A stretch of 64,000 nucleotides of DNA from Pseudonocardiales bacterium (GCA_003244255.1 QHCD01000006.1:18894-82893), one strand, 5' to 3'. Positions 1-9,392 are shown, counted from the first letter of the stretch. Notes: a model not told the origin generated them from the letters alone. A program made the numbers and translations.

Positions 1-1283
1 TTCAGGTCGGTGAGCCGGCGCGCGCTCACCAGCACCCGGCTCTCCAGCGACGACACCGTCTCGTTGTAGCTCTGCACCGCCTTGCCGAGCTGGCCGCCGA
101 GCTTGGCGACGTGGTTGCCCATCGTGGCGAGGCGGCCGTGCAGCTCCCTGCCCAGCTGGTGGATCTTCGCCGCGTTCGCCGCCAGCGCCTCCTGCCGCCA
201 GGTGTAGGCGACGGTGCGCAGCAACGCGATCAGCGTCGACGGCGTCGCGATGACGACGTTGCGCTCGAACGCGTGCTCCAGCAGCGACGGGTCGGTGTCC
301 AGGGCCGCGTTCAGGAACACCTCGGCCGGCACGAACATCACCACGAACTCCGGCGAGGGGACGAAGTGCTCCCAGTAGGACTTGGCCGCCAGCCGGTCGA
401 CGTGCTCACGCAGGTGCCGTGCGTGTGCCTTCAGCCGGGCGGTCCTGGTCGCGTCGTCGGGAGCCTCCATGGCGTCGAGGAACCCGATGAAAGACACCTT
501 CGCGTCGACGACGATCTGCTTGCCGCCGGCGAGGCGCACGACGACGTCGGGGCGCACCGTGCGGTCGTCGTCGTCGCTCGTGCTGGCCTGGGTGACGAAG
601 TCGCAGTGCTCGATCATGCCCGCGGTGCGCAGGATCTGCTCCAGCTGCAGCTCACCCCAGCGGCCCCGCACCTGCGGCGCACGCAGCGCGGTGACCAGCT
701 GCCGCGTCTCGGACTCCAGCCGGGCCGACGTATCGCGCATCGCGCCGACCTGCTCCAGCAGCGCGCGGTACGAGCCGACCCGCTCGCGCTCGACCGACTG
801 CATCTGGTTCTCGACCTTGCCGAGCGTCTCGCGCAGCGGTGCGACCAGGTTCTCGATCGCCAGCTGGCGCTTGGCGAGGTCTCCGTCGGCGCTCGTTCCG
901 GCCTGCTTCAGCCGGGATTCGGCGACGGCCATGAATTCCTGCGACGTCTGGCGCAGCGCCTCGCGCGACAGCGCACTGAAGGCCTCGCGGAGCCGCTGCT
1001 CGGCCACGACCTGCTCGGCCGCGGCGCGGCGCTCGTGCTCGAGCGCGGCACCGAGCCGGGCCGCCTCGGTCTCTGCCGTCCGGGCGCGCGCGTCGAGCGC
1101 TGCGCGTTCGGCTCGCGACCGCTCGTCGCAGCCCGCCTGGTCGGCGCGCATCGAGCCGACCTGCGCGCGCAGGCTGTCGCGCTCGGCCGTCGCTGACCGC
1201 TCCGATCCGCGCGCCAGCGCCCAACCGGCCAGCAGGCCGGCGGCGAGGGTGAGGACCGCGATCAGCAGCGTTGTGACGTCCAT
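1..1283 (-). CDS. rmuC: DNA recombination protein RmuC (3' end runs off the window)
   Basis: Absent from the ORF track because it is open at the window edge. My reverse translation from ATG 1283-1281 gives MDVTTLLIAVLTLAAGLLAGW (N-terminal TM helix), a long Ala/Arg/Glu coiled coil, then VVMFVPAEVFLNAAL...VVIATPSTLIALLRTVAYTWRQ...LGKAVQSYNETVSSLESRVLVSARRLTDL, typical of RmuC. An alternative in-frame ATG lies at 1292. Confidence 0.8.
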   Translation of the reverse strand, partial: MDVTTLLIAVLTLAAGLLAGWALARGSERSATAERDSLRAQVGSMRADQAGCDERSRAERAALDARARTAETEAARLGAALEHERRAAAEQVVAEQRLREAFSALSREALRQTSQEFMAVAESRLKQAGTSADGDLAKRQLAIENLVAPLRETLGKVENQMQSVERERVGSYRALLEQVGAMRDTSARLESETRQLVTALRAPQVRGRWGELQLEQILRTAGMIEHCDFVTQASTSDDDDRTVRPDVVVRLAGGKQIVVDAKVSFIGFLDAMEAPDDATRTARLKAHARHLREHVDRLAAKSYWEHFVPSPEFVVMFVPAEVFLNAALDTDPSLLEHAFERNVVIATPSTLIALLRTVAYTWRQEALAANAAKIHQLGRELHGRLATMGNHVAKLGGQLGKAVQSYNETVSSLESRVLVSARRLTDL

Positions 1284-1408
1284 GCCTTGCATGGTGGCAA
1301 GGCGGGGTGACAGTTTCGGTCTGCCGCGCCGTCACAGCGCGATCGCAGCGCCGGTCGCGGCGCCGGCGGCAGGTGGCGCCCGCCCGGCAACCCGTAGCAT
1401 CGAGGGTC

Positions 1409-2494
1409 GTGGCCCTTACCGTCGGGATCGTCGGCCTGCCCAACGTCGGCAAGTCGACGCTGTTCAATGCCCTGACCAAGAACGACGTCCTGGCCGCGAA
1501 CTACCCGTTCGCGACGATCGAGCCGAACGTCGGCGTCGTCGGCGTCCCGGATGCACGGTTAGACATGCTGGCCCGGATATTCTCCAGTGCCCGGGTGATG
1601 CCCGCCACGGTGTCCTTTGTCGACATTGCCGGTCTGGTACGCGGCGCGAGCGAAGGGCAGGGCCTCGGCAACCAGTTTCTCGCGCACATCCGCGAGGCCA
1701 GCGCGATCTGCCAGGTCGTCCGGGGGTTCGCCGATCCCGACGTCGCACACGTCGATGGCCGGGTCTCGCCCGAGGACGACATCGCGACAATCGACACCGA
1801 GCTGATCCTCGCCGACCTGCAGACGATCGAGCGCGCGATCCCGCGGCTGGAGAAGGAATCCCGGCTGGACAAGGGGAAGCGCGAACGGCTCGATGTGGCG
1901 TTGGCGGCGCGCGACGTGCTCGACGGCGGACGCACCCTCACCGCGGCGGGCTTCGACAGCGCGCCGTTGCGGGAGCTCGGCCTGCTCACCGCCAAGCCAT
2001 TCGTCTACGCCTTCAACGTCGACGAAGGCGAGCTCGCAGATGCCGGGTATCTGGAGAAGCTGCGCGCTCTGGTGGCACCGGCTGGGGCGGTGGTGCTCGA
2101 TGCCAAGACCGAGGCCGAGCTGACCGACCTGGCGCAGGACGAGGCGCTCGAGCTACTCCGATCGGTGGGCCAGGAAGAGCCCGGGTTGCAGCAGCTCGCC
2201 CGGGTGGCGTTCGGCACGCTGGGCCTGCAGACCTACCTCACGGCCGGGCCAAAGGAGGCCAGGGCGTGGACCATCCCGATCGGCGCTACTGCGCCGGAGG
2301 CGGCAGGTGTCATCCACACCGACTTTCAGCGCACCTTCATCAAGGCCGAGATCGTCTCCTACGACGAGCTGGTTGCCGCCGGCTCGATGGCCGCGGCCCG
2401 CGCCGCCGGGCGGGTTCGGATGGAGGGCAAGGACTACGTGATGGCTGACGGCGACGTCGTCGAGTTCCGTGCCGGCGCGGCCACCAAGAAATGA
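1409..2494 (+). CDS. ychF: Ribosome-binding ATPase YchF (Obg-family GTPase)
   Basis: ORF 1307..2494, with the start moved to the in-frame GTG at 1409, giving (M)ALTVGIVGLPNVGKSTLFNALT (P-loop at the N terminus, as in YchF). The C-terminal region has RAWTIPIGATAPEAAGVIHTDFQRTFIKAEIV. The 34 residues upstream are Arg-rich junk. Confidence 0.93.
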   Translation: MALTVGIVGLPNVGKSTLFNALTKNDVLAANYPFATIEPNVGVVGVPDARLDMLARIFSSARVMPATVSFVDIAGLVRGASEGQGLGNQFLAHIREASAICQVVRGFADPDVAHVDGRVSPEDDIATIDTELILADLQTIERAIPRLEKESRLDKGKRERLDVALAARDVLDGGRTLTAAGFDSAPLRELGLLTAKPFVYAFNVDEGELADAGYLEKLRALVAPAGAVVLDAKTEAELTDLAQDEALELLRSVGQEEPGLQQLARVAFGTLGLQTYLTAGPKEARAWTIPIGATAPEAAGVIHTDFQRTFIKAEIVSYDELVAAGSMAAARAAGRVRMEGKDYVMADGDVVEFRAGAATKK

Positions 2495-2537
2495 ACGCCA
2501 GCCGCGGTGTGATTGCCGTGGCCTTCGGGGAGGTGCT

Positions 2538-3785
2538 GTGCCCGACCTGGACGAACCTGATGTGATCGGCGGCGGCCGGAACCGGCGTCCGCGGCACGGT
2601 CGCCTGGCCGGATCGCTGGAGCCCCGGCGGTGGACGCTGCCCGCGGCCCTGCTCGTCGCCGTGCTCGCCGTCGTCGTCGTACACAACCGCACGGTTCCGC
2701 CGGCGCCGCCCACTCCCGTGCCGTCCACCACGGCGCGGCCGACCTTTCCGCCGCCGAAACCCCACCCCGCACTGCACGACCGGGTCCACGATCGCATCCT
2801 GCTCGGCGGCGACGCGATCAGCGAGTACGACGCGGCAACCGGCCGATTCACCACCCTGCGCGAGCTGCTCTCGGCGACCGGGCCGTCGTTCGCGGCGACC
2901 GACCTCGTGTCGACAACCGGTGCCGTGATCGCCTTCGCCTCGCCCGACTGCAATTCGTGCGACGTCGCCCCACGTGGCGAGGTGCTCAGCGTCGACCCGC
3001 GATCCGGTGCGGTCCGGCAGATCGCGACGGCGCAGGGGATCGCGCCCGCAGTCGCAGCCAGCGGGGTTTGGCTCGTCAGTGGCGCCGGCAACCCGAGCGG
3101 CGCGAGTACCGAGATCACCCTGGTCGACCCGTCCGGCGCCGTCGAGGACCGCATTCCCATCGGGCCGCACCAGCTGGTGCGCGGAACGGCCAACGGGTTG
3201 CTCGCTGAGCAGATGGACGCGCCGACGTTGCAGCTGCTCGACATCGCTACCGGCCGGCCACTCATCGGGGTAAACGGCACGGCGCAATCCGCCTACGCAC
3301 CACTGCTTGCCGCATCCGACGACGCTGCCGCCTGGGCCCAGCCGGACGGCGGCTGCCAGGCGCGATGCGTCTACGTGAGCGGGTACGACGGCGCCTCGCC
3401 CGTGCAGGTCTCGCTGCCTGCCGGCCTGCGTGCTTACGGCAAGCCGGCCGGGTGTGCCTTCAGCCCGGACGGCAGCCGGCTCGCGCTCGTCGTTGCACAC
3501 CTCGATGCCGCGCGCGAGACCGACGGCATCGAGGCGGTCGTCGTGGATCTTCGCGACGGGACCGTGGAAGTAGTGCCGAACACTCTTATATCCGACGGCG
3601 ACGGCGGCGACACCACCCAGCTCGTCGCGTGGTCAACCGGCGGCGACGCCGTGTGGGTCTACGAGAGCGACGTCGCCGTGGCCGACGCCCCGGCGCTGCT
3701 CGGTTACTGGCCGATGCACGGCCCGTTGCAGGTCCGCGACATCCCCGACCGAGAAGCCCACGCAATGGTCGTGGCGCCGTGGTGA
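2538..3785 (+). CDS. Hypothetical single-pass membrane protein with a beta-rich (propeller-like) extracytoplasmic domain
   Basis: ORF 2469..3785. GTG 2538 is preceded by GGGGAGG (2527-2533). It has a TM helix WTLPAALLVAVLAVVVVH, then a Pro-rich linker and repeated Gly/Asp/Val strands (FSPDGSRLALVV resembles a PD40/TolB-like blade). The stop overlaps the next gene's start (GTGGTGA). Confidence 0.55.
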   Translation: MPDLDEPDVIGGGRNRRPRHGRLAGSLEPRRWTLPAALLVAVLAVVVVHNRTVPPAPPTPVPSTTARPTFPPPKPHPALHDRVHDRILLGGDAISEYDAATGRFTTLRELLSATGPSFAATDLVSTTGAVIAFASPDCNSCDVAPRGEVLSVDPRSGAVRQIATAQGIAPAVAASGVWLVSGAGNPSGASTEITLVDPSGAVEDRIPIGPHQLVRGTANGLLAEQMDAPTLQLLDIATGRPLIGVNGTAQSAYAPLLAASDDAAAWAQPDGGCQARCVYVSGYDGASPVQVSLPAGLRAYGKPAGCAFSPDGSRLALVVAHLDAARETDGIEAVVVDLRDGTVEVVPNTLISDGDGGDTTQLVAWSTGGDAVWVYESDVAVADAPALLGYWPMHGPLQVRDIPDREAHAMVVAPW

Positions 3786-4744
3786 CGCCGTACCACGGGC
3801 CGGCACCGCTGGATGGCTCTCGCGCGTTCACGGCCTGGAACCTCGACGTACCAGTGCTTCTCGGCGTCGCGCTGGTGGCCGCCCTCTACATTTACGGCGT
3901 CCGCCGGCTGGCTGACCGGGGAACCAGCTGGCCCGTCCACCGCACCGTGGTCTTCCTGGTCGCAGGGCTGGGCAGCATCGTCATCGCGACCATGTCTGCG
4001 CTCGGCGTCTACGACCGGGTGCTGTTCTGGCCGAACGCCGTGCAGAACATCGTGCTGCTGTCGGTCTCGCCGGTGCTGCTCGGGCTGGGCAGGCCGCTGG
4101 AGCTAGCGGGCCGGTGCCTGCCGGCCCGGCCGTCGTGGGTGGCGCGGATCGGCCGGGTGGCGACGTTCCCGATGGTCACCTCGCTGCTCGGCGTCGTCGT
4201 GCTGTTCACCCTCTACTTCACGCCGTACTACGCCGAATCGCTGCGGCATCCCGCGGTGCACCAGCTGCTCCGGCTCGAGCTGCTGGTGGCCGGCGCGCTG
4301 TTCTTCTGGCCGATGCTCGACGACGATGCCTTGCCGTCGTGGTGCACGCACCCGATACGTGTACTGATCGCCGGGATCGACGGCTTGGTGGACGCGATCC
4401 CCGGCATCGTCGTGATGACGGGGCACAGCGTGATCGCGGCCGGCTACTACCGATCGGTCGCGCGCGACTGGGGTCCGAGCCTGGCGTGGGATCAGACCAT
4501 CGGAGGCGGGCTGATGCTGACCATCGCCGAGGCGGTCGGCCTGCCGTTCCTGATCGCGATCGTCGCGGCGTGGGCGCGCGCGGACGACCGGGCCGCGGTC
4601 GAGCTCGACCGGCGACTGGACCTGCAGCGGATGCGCCACGACGCGACGCTCGACGACGAGTCGGCCACCGACCGCCCGTGGTGGGAGGTCGATCCAGGCC
4701 CGCTCGGCGACCGTATCCAGCCCAAGGGAAGGCGAACCAGCTGA
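3779..4744 (+). CDS. Cytochrome c oxidase assembly factor CtaG-like polytopic membrane protein (Caa3_CtaG family)
   Basis: C-terminal part of ORF 3365..4744. The start is GTG 3779 or 3782, overlapping the upstream stop. It has about 7 predicted TM helices and an N terminus FTAWNLDVPVLLGVALVAALYIYGVRRL...WPVHRTVVFLVAGL typical of this family. The upstream 138 codons are Arg-rich and overlap the previous gene out of frame. Confidence 0.6.
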   Translation: MVTPYHGPAPLDGSRAFTAWNLDVPVLLGVALVAALYIYGVRRLADRGTSWPVHRTVVFLVAGLGSIVIATMSALGVYDRVLFWPNAVQNIVLLSVSPVLLGLGRPLELAGRCLPARPSWVARIGRVATFPMVTSLLGVVVLFTLYFTPYYAESLRHPAVHQLLRLELLVAGALFFWPMLDDDALPSWCTHPIRVLIAGIDGLVDAIPGIVVMTGHSVIAAGYYRSVARDWGPSLAWDQTIGGGLMLTIAEAVGLPFLIAIVAAWARADDRAAVELDRRLDLQRMRHDATLDDESATDRPWWEVDPGPLGDRIQPKGRRTS

Positions 4745-5844
4745 TGGACGACGCGACGCTCGTGGTGCACGCCGGACACTCCTCGCCCGCTCAGGGCGAG
4801 CCGTTTCGGGCCGGCCCGACCTTCGCAGCGCCCTATCGGCACCTCGGGCAGCCCGACGGTTCGGCGAACGCCTACGCCCGGATGGGCAACCCGACGTGGA
4901 CGGCGTACGAGAGCGCACTGGCCGAGCTGGAGGGCGGTCCGTGCCTGGTGTTCGCGTCCGGAATGGCAGCCGTGGCAGCCGTTCTGGGTACGACGTTGCG
5001 CCCAGGCGACCTTGCCGTGCTGCCCGCCGACGGCTATTACACCGCGCGGTCGCTCGCCGGTGGATACCTCACCGAGATGGGCGTGCGCATCGTCACGACG
5101 CCGACGGCCGGCAGCGAGCACCGCGAGCTGCTCGACGGTGCCCGGCTGCTCTGGCTGGAGACGCCGTCGAATCCCGGCCTGGATGTGTGCGACATCCGCC
5201 CGCTGGCGCGGGCAGCGCACGACGCCGGAGCGCTCGTCGCCGTCGACAACTCGACGGCGACGATGCTCGGTCAGCGCCCGCTCGGTCTCGGCGCCGACTT
5301 CTGCGTCAGCAGCGACACCAAGGCGGTGACCGGACACTCCGACCTCGTGCTCGGCCACGTCGCGGTGAGCGATCCGGGGCTGCTGGCGGCGTTGGCGACC
5401 TGGCGCGCGCAGGTAGGCGCGATCGCCGGTCCGATGGAGACCTGGCTCGCGCACCGGTCGCTCGCGACGCTGGACGTGCGGCTGCGGCGCCAGTGCGAGA
5501 CCGCCCTGCAAATCGCGATCGCGCTGCGCGATCACCGGTGCGTCGCATCCGTTCGCTATCCGGGTCTCCCAGGCGATCCGGCGCACGAGCTGGCTTCGCG
5601 GCAGATGCGGTTCTTCGGTCCGCTGGTGTGCTTCACCCTCGCCGACGAAGACACCGCAGAACGCTGGCTGCGGGCGCTGCGACTGGTCACGCCGGCGACG
5701 AGTTTCGGCGGTGCCCACACGACGGCGGAACGGCGCGCCCGATGGGAGGACGACGACGTTGCGGGCGGCTTCATCCGGCTCTCCGCCGGGCTCGAGAACG
5801 CTGGCGACGTCATCGACGACATCACGTCGGCATTCGAGGCTTGA
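4744..5844 (+). CDS. Cys/Met-metabolism PLP-dependent enzyme (cystathionine gamma-lyase/gamma-synthase family)
   Basis: C-terminal 366 aa of ORF 4114..5844. ATG 4744 overlaps the ctaG-like stop (CTGATG). It has the PLP-lysine motif SSDTKAVTGHSD, plus NPTW...E..LA.LEGG and WLETPSNPGL blocks. Confidence 0.85.
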   Translation: MDDATLVVHAGHSSPAQGEPFRAGPTFAAPYRHLGQPDGSANAYARMGNPTWTAYESALAELEGGPCLVFASGMAAVAAVLGTTLRPGDLAVLPADGYYTARSLAGGYLTEMGVRIVTTPTAGSEHRELLDGARLLWLETPSNPGLDVCDIRPLARAAHDAGALVAVDNSTATMLGQRPLGLGADFCVSSDTKAVTGHSDLVLGHVAVSDPGLLAALATWRAQVGAIAGPMETWLAHRSLATLDVRLRRQCETALQIAIALRDHRCVASVRYPGLPGDPAHELASRQMRFFGPLVCFTLADEDTAERWLRALRLVTPATSFGGAHTTAERRARWEDDDVAGGFIRLSAGLENAGDVIDDITSAFEA

Positions 5845-5879
5845 CTCTCGCCTCGCCCGAGACCCAACCATTTGTCGGC

Positions 5880-6617
5880 ATGGACCACGTGGAGCTGCTC
5901 ACCATCGGCCGGTTCGCACGCATCAGCGGGCTGTCCATCCATGCGCTGCGTCATTACGACGACGTCGGGCTGCTGATTCCGGCAGCGGTCGACGCTCGGT
6001 CGGGATACCGCCGCTACCGCCGGGACCAGGTTGCGCTGGCTCGGCTGATCCGCTCGTTGCGCTGCACCGACCTGCCGATCGAAGACGTGCGGGTGGTAGC
6101 CCGTGATCCGAGTGCCGACGCTGCCCGCAACGTGCTCGACGCGCACCGCAGCCGGCTGGAACGCAAGCGTTCCCGGCTTGGCGCGCAGCTCGGCGACGTC
6201 AACCATTTCATCGAGAAAGGAATCGCAATGCCAACATCCGAGACCACCTGCCGGCCGGTCCAGCTGAAGATCGCTGTCGACGACGTCGTATCGGCTCGTA
6301 CCTTCTACGAGCAGGCATTCGGTCTGCGGTACCAAGTGATCCGCCGAACCGAGGAGGCCGACTACTCAGACTTCGCGATCGGTCGGGCGGGCGACGACTC
6401 GTTCTTCCTGCTGCATCTCTGCGAGGAGGGCACCGAGGTCGACCGCCCGGGGCAGACCACATTCGGAATGCTCGTCGACGACCTCGATGCCGTGCACGCG
6501 CGTGCGGTGGCCGCCGGCGGGACGGAAGTCGTCGCGGCGCGATCGCTGGAGGGGATGCCGCGCTCGTCGGCCGTGCGCGATCCGAGCGGCAACTGGGTGT
6601 GGTTGTACCAAGCGTGA
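5880..6617 (+). CDS. MerR-family transcriptional regulator fused to a VOC/glyoxalase-like domain
   Basis: ATG 5880 within ORF 4896..6617. The N-terminal HTH is LLTIGRFARISGLSIHALRHYDDVGLL and there is a coiled-coil linker. The C-terminal part has VQLKIAVDDVVSARTFYEQAFGL ... VRDPSGNWVWLYQ, typical of the VOC fold. Confidence 0.8.
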   Translation: MDHVELLTIGRFARISGLSIHALRHYDDVGLLIPAAVDARSGYRRYRRDQVALARLIRSLRCTDLPIEDVRVVARDPSADAARNVLDAHRSRLERKRSRLGAQLGDVNHFIEKGIAMPTSETTCRPVQLKIAVDDVVSARTFYEQAFGLRYQVIRRTEEADYSDFAIGRAGDDSFFLLHLCEEGTEVDRPGQTTFGMLVDDLDAVHARAVAAGGTEVVAARSLEGMPRSSAVRDPSGNWVWLYQA

Positions 6618-6705
6618 TGAGTATCGGCACGTGCCTTCTACGAGCAGGCCCGGATATTCCATCCACAGAAGGGGATTGGGGCTTGCCACGGCGGCTCGCA
6701 TCCGG

Positions 6706-6711
6706 TAGAAT
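6706..6711 (+). promoter_or_regulatory. Candidate -10 hexamer TAGAAT positioned for a leaderless transcript of the DUF222-HNH gene
   Basis: TAGAAT at 6706-6711 lies 7 nt upstream of the A of ATG 6719. No Shine-Dalgarno sequence sits in between. This geometry matches actinobacterial leaderless mRNAs (TANNNT about 7 nt from the TSS, with TSS = start codon). Confidence 0.35.
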
Positions 6712-6718
6712 CGAACAC

Positions 6719-8051
6719 ATGTTCGATGGACTTTCCGGCGCTTGCCTGGACCGGTTGTGTGCCGATCCGGTGACGACGCGCACCGACGACGTCGAAGTGT
6801 TGGGCCGCATCGAGGCCCTGGAGCGGCTGCGGGCCGTCGTCGATGCCGAGCAGAGCATCGCGCTGTGCGAGTTCGCCCGCCGCCGGTGCAGCGTCGACGA
6901 CGACTTCGGTGCGAGTGTCGGCGACGAGGTCGGCCTTGCGCTGCGGATAGCCCCGCGCGCGCACGGCGGATTCTCGGGTCGAGGTCGCGACGCAGCTCGT
7001 TGAGCGGCTCCCAGCCACCGTGGCGACGATGCGGCGCGGTGAGGTGACCATGGCGAAGGCTCGTGTCGTGCTCGAGGAGACCCATCAGCTCTCGGCGGCA
7101 GACACGGCGCGGGTGGAGGAGTCGGTGCTGGCTGGGGCGGCCGACTCAACGCCGGGGCAACTCCGTCGTCGGGTTGCGCGGGCGGTGATACGCATTGACG
7201 CGACCGCGGCCGCCCGGCGCCGGCGCGCAGCCGAGGCCCAGCGATCGGTGTGGATGCACCCGGAGGCCGCCGGAATGGCGACGCTCGGCGCGCGACTGTG
7301 CGCCGCGGACGCCGTCGGGATCTACGCCCTGCTGAACCAGACGGCGCGCTCGTCGCGGGCGGCCGGTGACCAGCGGACGCTCGACCAGCTGCGGGCCGAC
7401 CTGCTGGTCCAGGTGTTCGACGGCGCCCATGTGACGGCGATGCGGCCGTTGATACAGGTCGTGGTGCCGGCCACGACGGTCGCAGCTGACACCGCACCTG
7501 CCGGTGGGACAGCGCCTGCCGGTGGGACAGCGCCAGCCGGTGGGGCAGTGCAGCCGGCGGAACTGGCCGGTTACGGGCCGATCGACGACGAGTTGGCTCG
7601 CGTGATCACGGCCTGCGGCGTCTGGCAGCGGCTGCTCACCGATCCGGCGACCGGCACGGTCACCGACGTCGGGCGCCGCCGCTACCGACCGCCGCCCGGT
7701 CTGGCCGACCTGGTCCGCGCCCGCGATCGGGTATGCGCTTTCCCAACCTGCGAGAAGTCGGCGGCTGACTGCGATCTCGATCATCGGCGCCGATGGGCGG
7801 CCGGCGGCCGCACCAGTGCCGCGAACCTCTGGCCGCTCTGCGCCCGCCATCACGCCGTGAAGGACGGCGATCACGGGTGGTCGTGCGAGGTCCGCGGCGA
7901 CGGCCGGGTGGCCTGGACGACGCCCGCCGGCCGCAGCTATGTCATCGATCGCGGCCGAGGCGACGGCGCGAGCTATGTCGACGTCATCGACCCAGCACCG
8001 GTGCGGGAACCGCCCGGCACCATCCGGGTCGAGGCGGCGGCGCCGTTCTGA
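6719..8051 (+). pseudogene. DUF222 / HNH endonuclease (13E12-repeat-like family), interrupted by a +1 frameshift near 6954-6962
   Basis: ORF 6599..7003 (from ATG 6719: MFDGLSGACLDRLCADP...GDEVGLALRIAPRA) continues in the frame of ORF 7020..8051 as RTADSRVEVATQLVERLPATVATMRRGEVTMAKARVVLEET... It ends in an HNH motif, CAFPTCEKSAADCDLDHRRRWAAGGRTSAANLWPLCARHHAVKD. The total of 1333 nt is 1 nt more than a multiple of 3. The shift falls in a (CG)4 run. A sequencing error is possible. Confidence 0.7.
7497..7550 (+). repeat. 3 x 18-bp in-frame tandem repeat (cctgccggtgggacagcg) encoding (PAGGTA)n inside the HNH gene
   Basis: Direct reading: 7497-7514 and 7515-7532 are identical, and 7533-7550 has 3 mismatches. 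Confidence 0.9.
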
Positions 8052-8063
8052 CCGCCGCGATCG

Positions 8064-9392
8064 CTAACCCGCCAGCGCGCCCATCGGGTCCCAGGCCGGC
8101 AGCACGATCGGTTCCTCACCCAGCGCGGCCTGCAGCGCTGCCGGCAACGCCGACTTGCGAGCGGCGATCTCGAAGACGTACTCGTCGAACCACGAGTCGT
8201 TCATCGTGTAGAAGCCCTTGACGCCGTTCTCGTCGCCCCAGCTGTTCTCCACCCGCCACTTGCGTGCGGCGCCGTCGTCGACGTCGACGCCGGTGAAGAG
8301 CATCGCGTGGGTCATCTGCGTCTCGTGATAGGTGAGGCGAGCCGCCTTGTCGAGCGTGAATGACGTGTCGTAGAGGCCGGCGTAGTCGAACAGCTTGGCA
8401 TCCCAGATACCGAGGTCGCGGCGCATCATCTTGCCGACATCGCAGCCGAACCAGACCGGCTCTCCACCGACGATCGCGTCCTTCGCGACGGACTTCAGCG
8501 CCGCCATCTCGACGTTGAGGTAGATCACCCGCGGGCCGCCCACGATGTTGCCGAGGTAGTCAACCGTGAAGGTCCTGCCCTTCGGGCTCTCCGGACGGGG
8601 GTCGTCGACCAGGCAGACGTAGTCGTCGATCGGGATGGTGACGTAGCGCTGCGCGAACTGCTGCGGGGTGATCTCGCCGTCCCGGTGGAACTCGCGGTCC
8701 TTGTCGGTCCACTGCCAGCCGAAGCTCTCTGGCGGCGTGCCGAGGTGGATGCAGAGGATCCGGTGGACGACGCCGATCACGTCGGCCTTGTTGTCCCGCC
8801 GCGCGTCCACGCTGTCGAGATCGCGCAGATCTCGTGCGGCCTGGCGGAGCACGCTGCGCAGCACGCCGTTCATCCGCGCCGTCTTCGACGAGCTCTCGGT
8901 CTCGGGCATCGCCGACTTCGGCACCAGGCCGTGCTTGTCGATCAGCGCCACGAACATGTTCCACTGGCCGCCGTCGCCGAGCACCGAGTCGAGCAGGAAC
9001 CCGACCGTCCGGTCGTCGGCGTCGCGATCGGCGGTCTCGATGATCGCTTCGAGGAAGTAGTTCGCACGCTCGAGCTTGTCCCAGAACATCGTGTAGTTCT
9101 GGGAGAACTCGAAGTCCTTGAGGTTCATCGCCGCCATCGCACCGTGGCGCAGCAGGTTCAGGCCGGCGAACATCCAGCAGCGGCCGGTCTGTTTCTGGTT
9201 GGTGACCTTCCAGTCGTCGATCAGGTGCGACACGGTGGGATCGATGGACGTGACGATGTCGCGTTCCAGGGCGACGTCGTCGATCGAGACCTGGGTGACG
9301 GCGTTCTGGGCGAGCCGATAGGCCGGGTTGGTGGCGAAGCCCTTGCGATAGAGCTCCAGGTCCTCGTTGCGCAGGCTGCCGTCCTTGCTCAC
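8064..9392 (-). CDS. pepC: Aminopeptidase C / bleomycin hydrolase (peptidase C1B)
   Basis: 442-aa ORF. It has the catalytic Cys motif NQKQTGRCWMFAGLNLLR, and length and blocks (FSQNYTMFWDKLERANYFLE, HAMLFTGVD, WRVENSWG) typical of PepC. Confidence 0.9.
   Translation of the reverse strand: MSKDGSLRNEDLELYRKGFATNPAYRLAQNAVTQVSIDDVALERDIVTSIDPTVSHLIDDWKVTNQKQTGRCWMFAGLNLLRHGAMAAMNLKDFEFSQNYTMFWDKLERANYFLEAIIETADRDADDRTVGFLLDSVLGDGGQWNMFVALIDKHGLVPKSAMPETESSSKTARMNGVLRSVLRQAARDLRDLDSVDARRDNKADVIGVVHRILCIHLGTPPESFGWQWTDKDREFHRDGEITPQQFAQRYVTIPIDDYVCLVDDPRPESPKGRTFTVDYLGNIVGGPRVIYLNVEMAALKSVAKDAIVGGEPVWFGCDVGKMMRRDLGIWDAKLFDYAGLYDTSFTLDKAARLTYHETQMTHAMLFTGVDVDDGAARKWRVENSWGDENGVKGFYTMNDSWFDEYVFEIAARKSALPAALQAALGEEPIVLPAWDPMGALAG

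Noticed and set aside
111-2448. 361-aa and 688-aa plus-strand ORFs over the first 2.4 kb
   Set aside because: Both are Arg/Ala/Ser-rich nonsense. The region is explained by rmuC on the minus strand, which is open at the window edge and therefore missing from the track, and by ychF in another plus frame.
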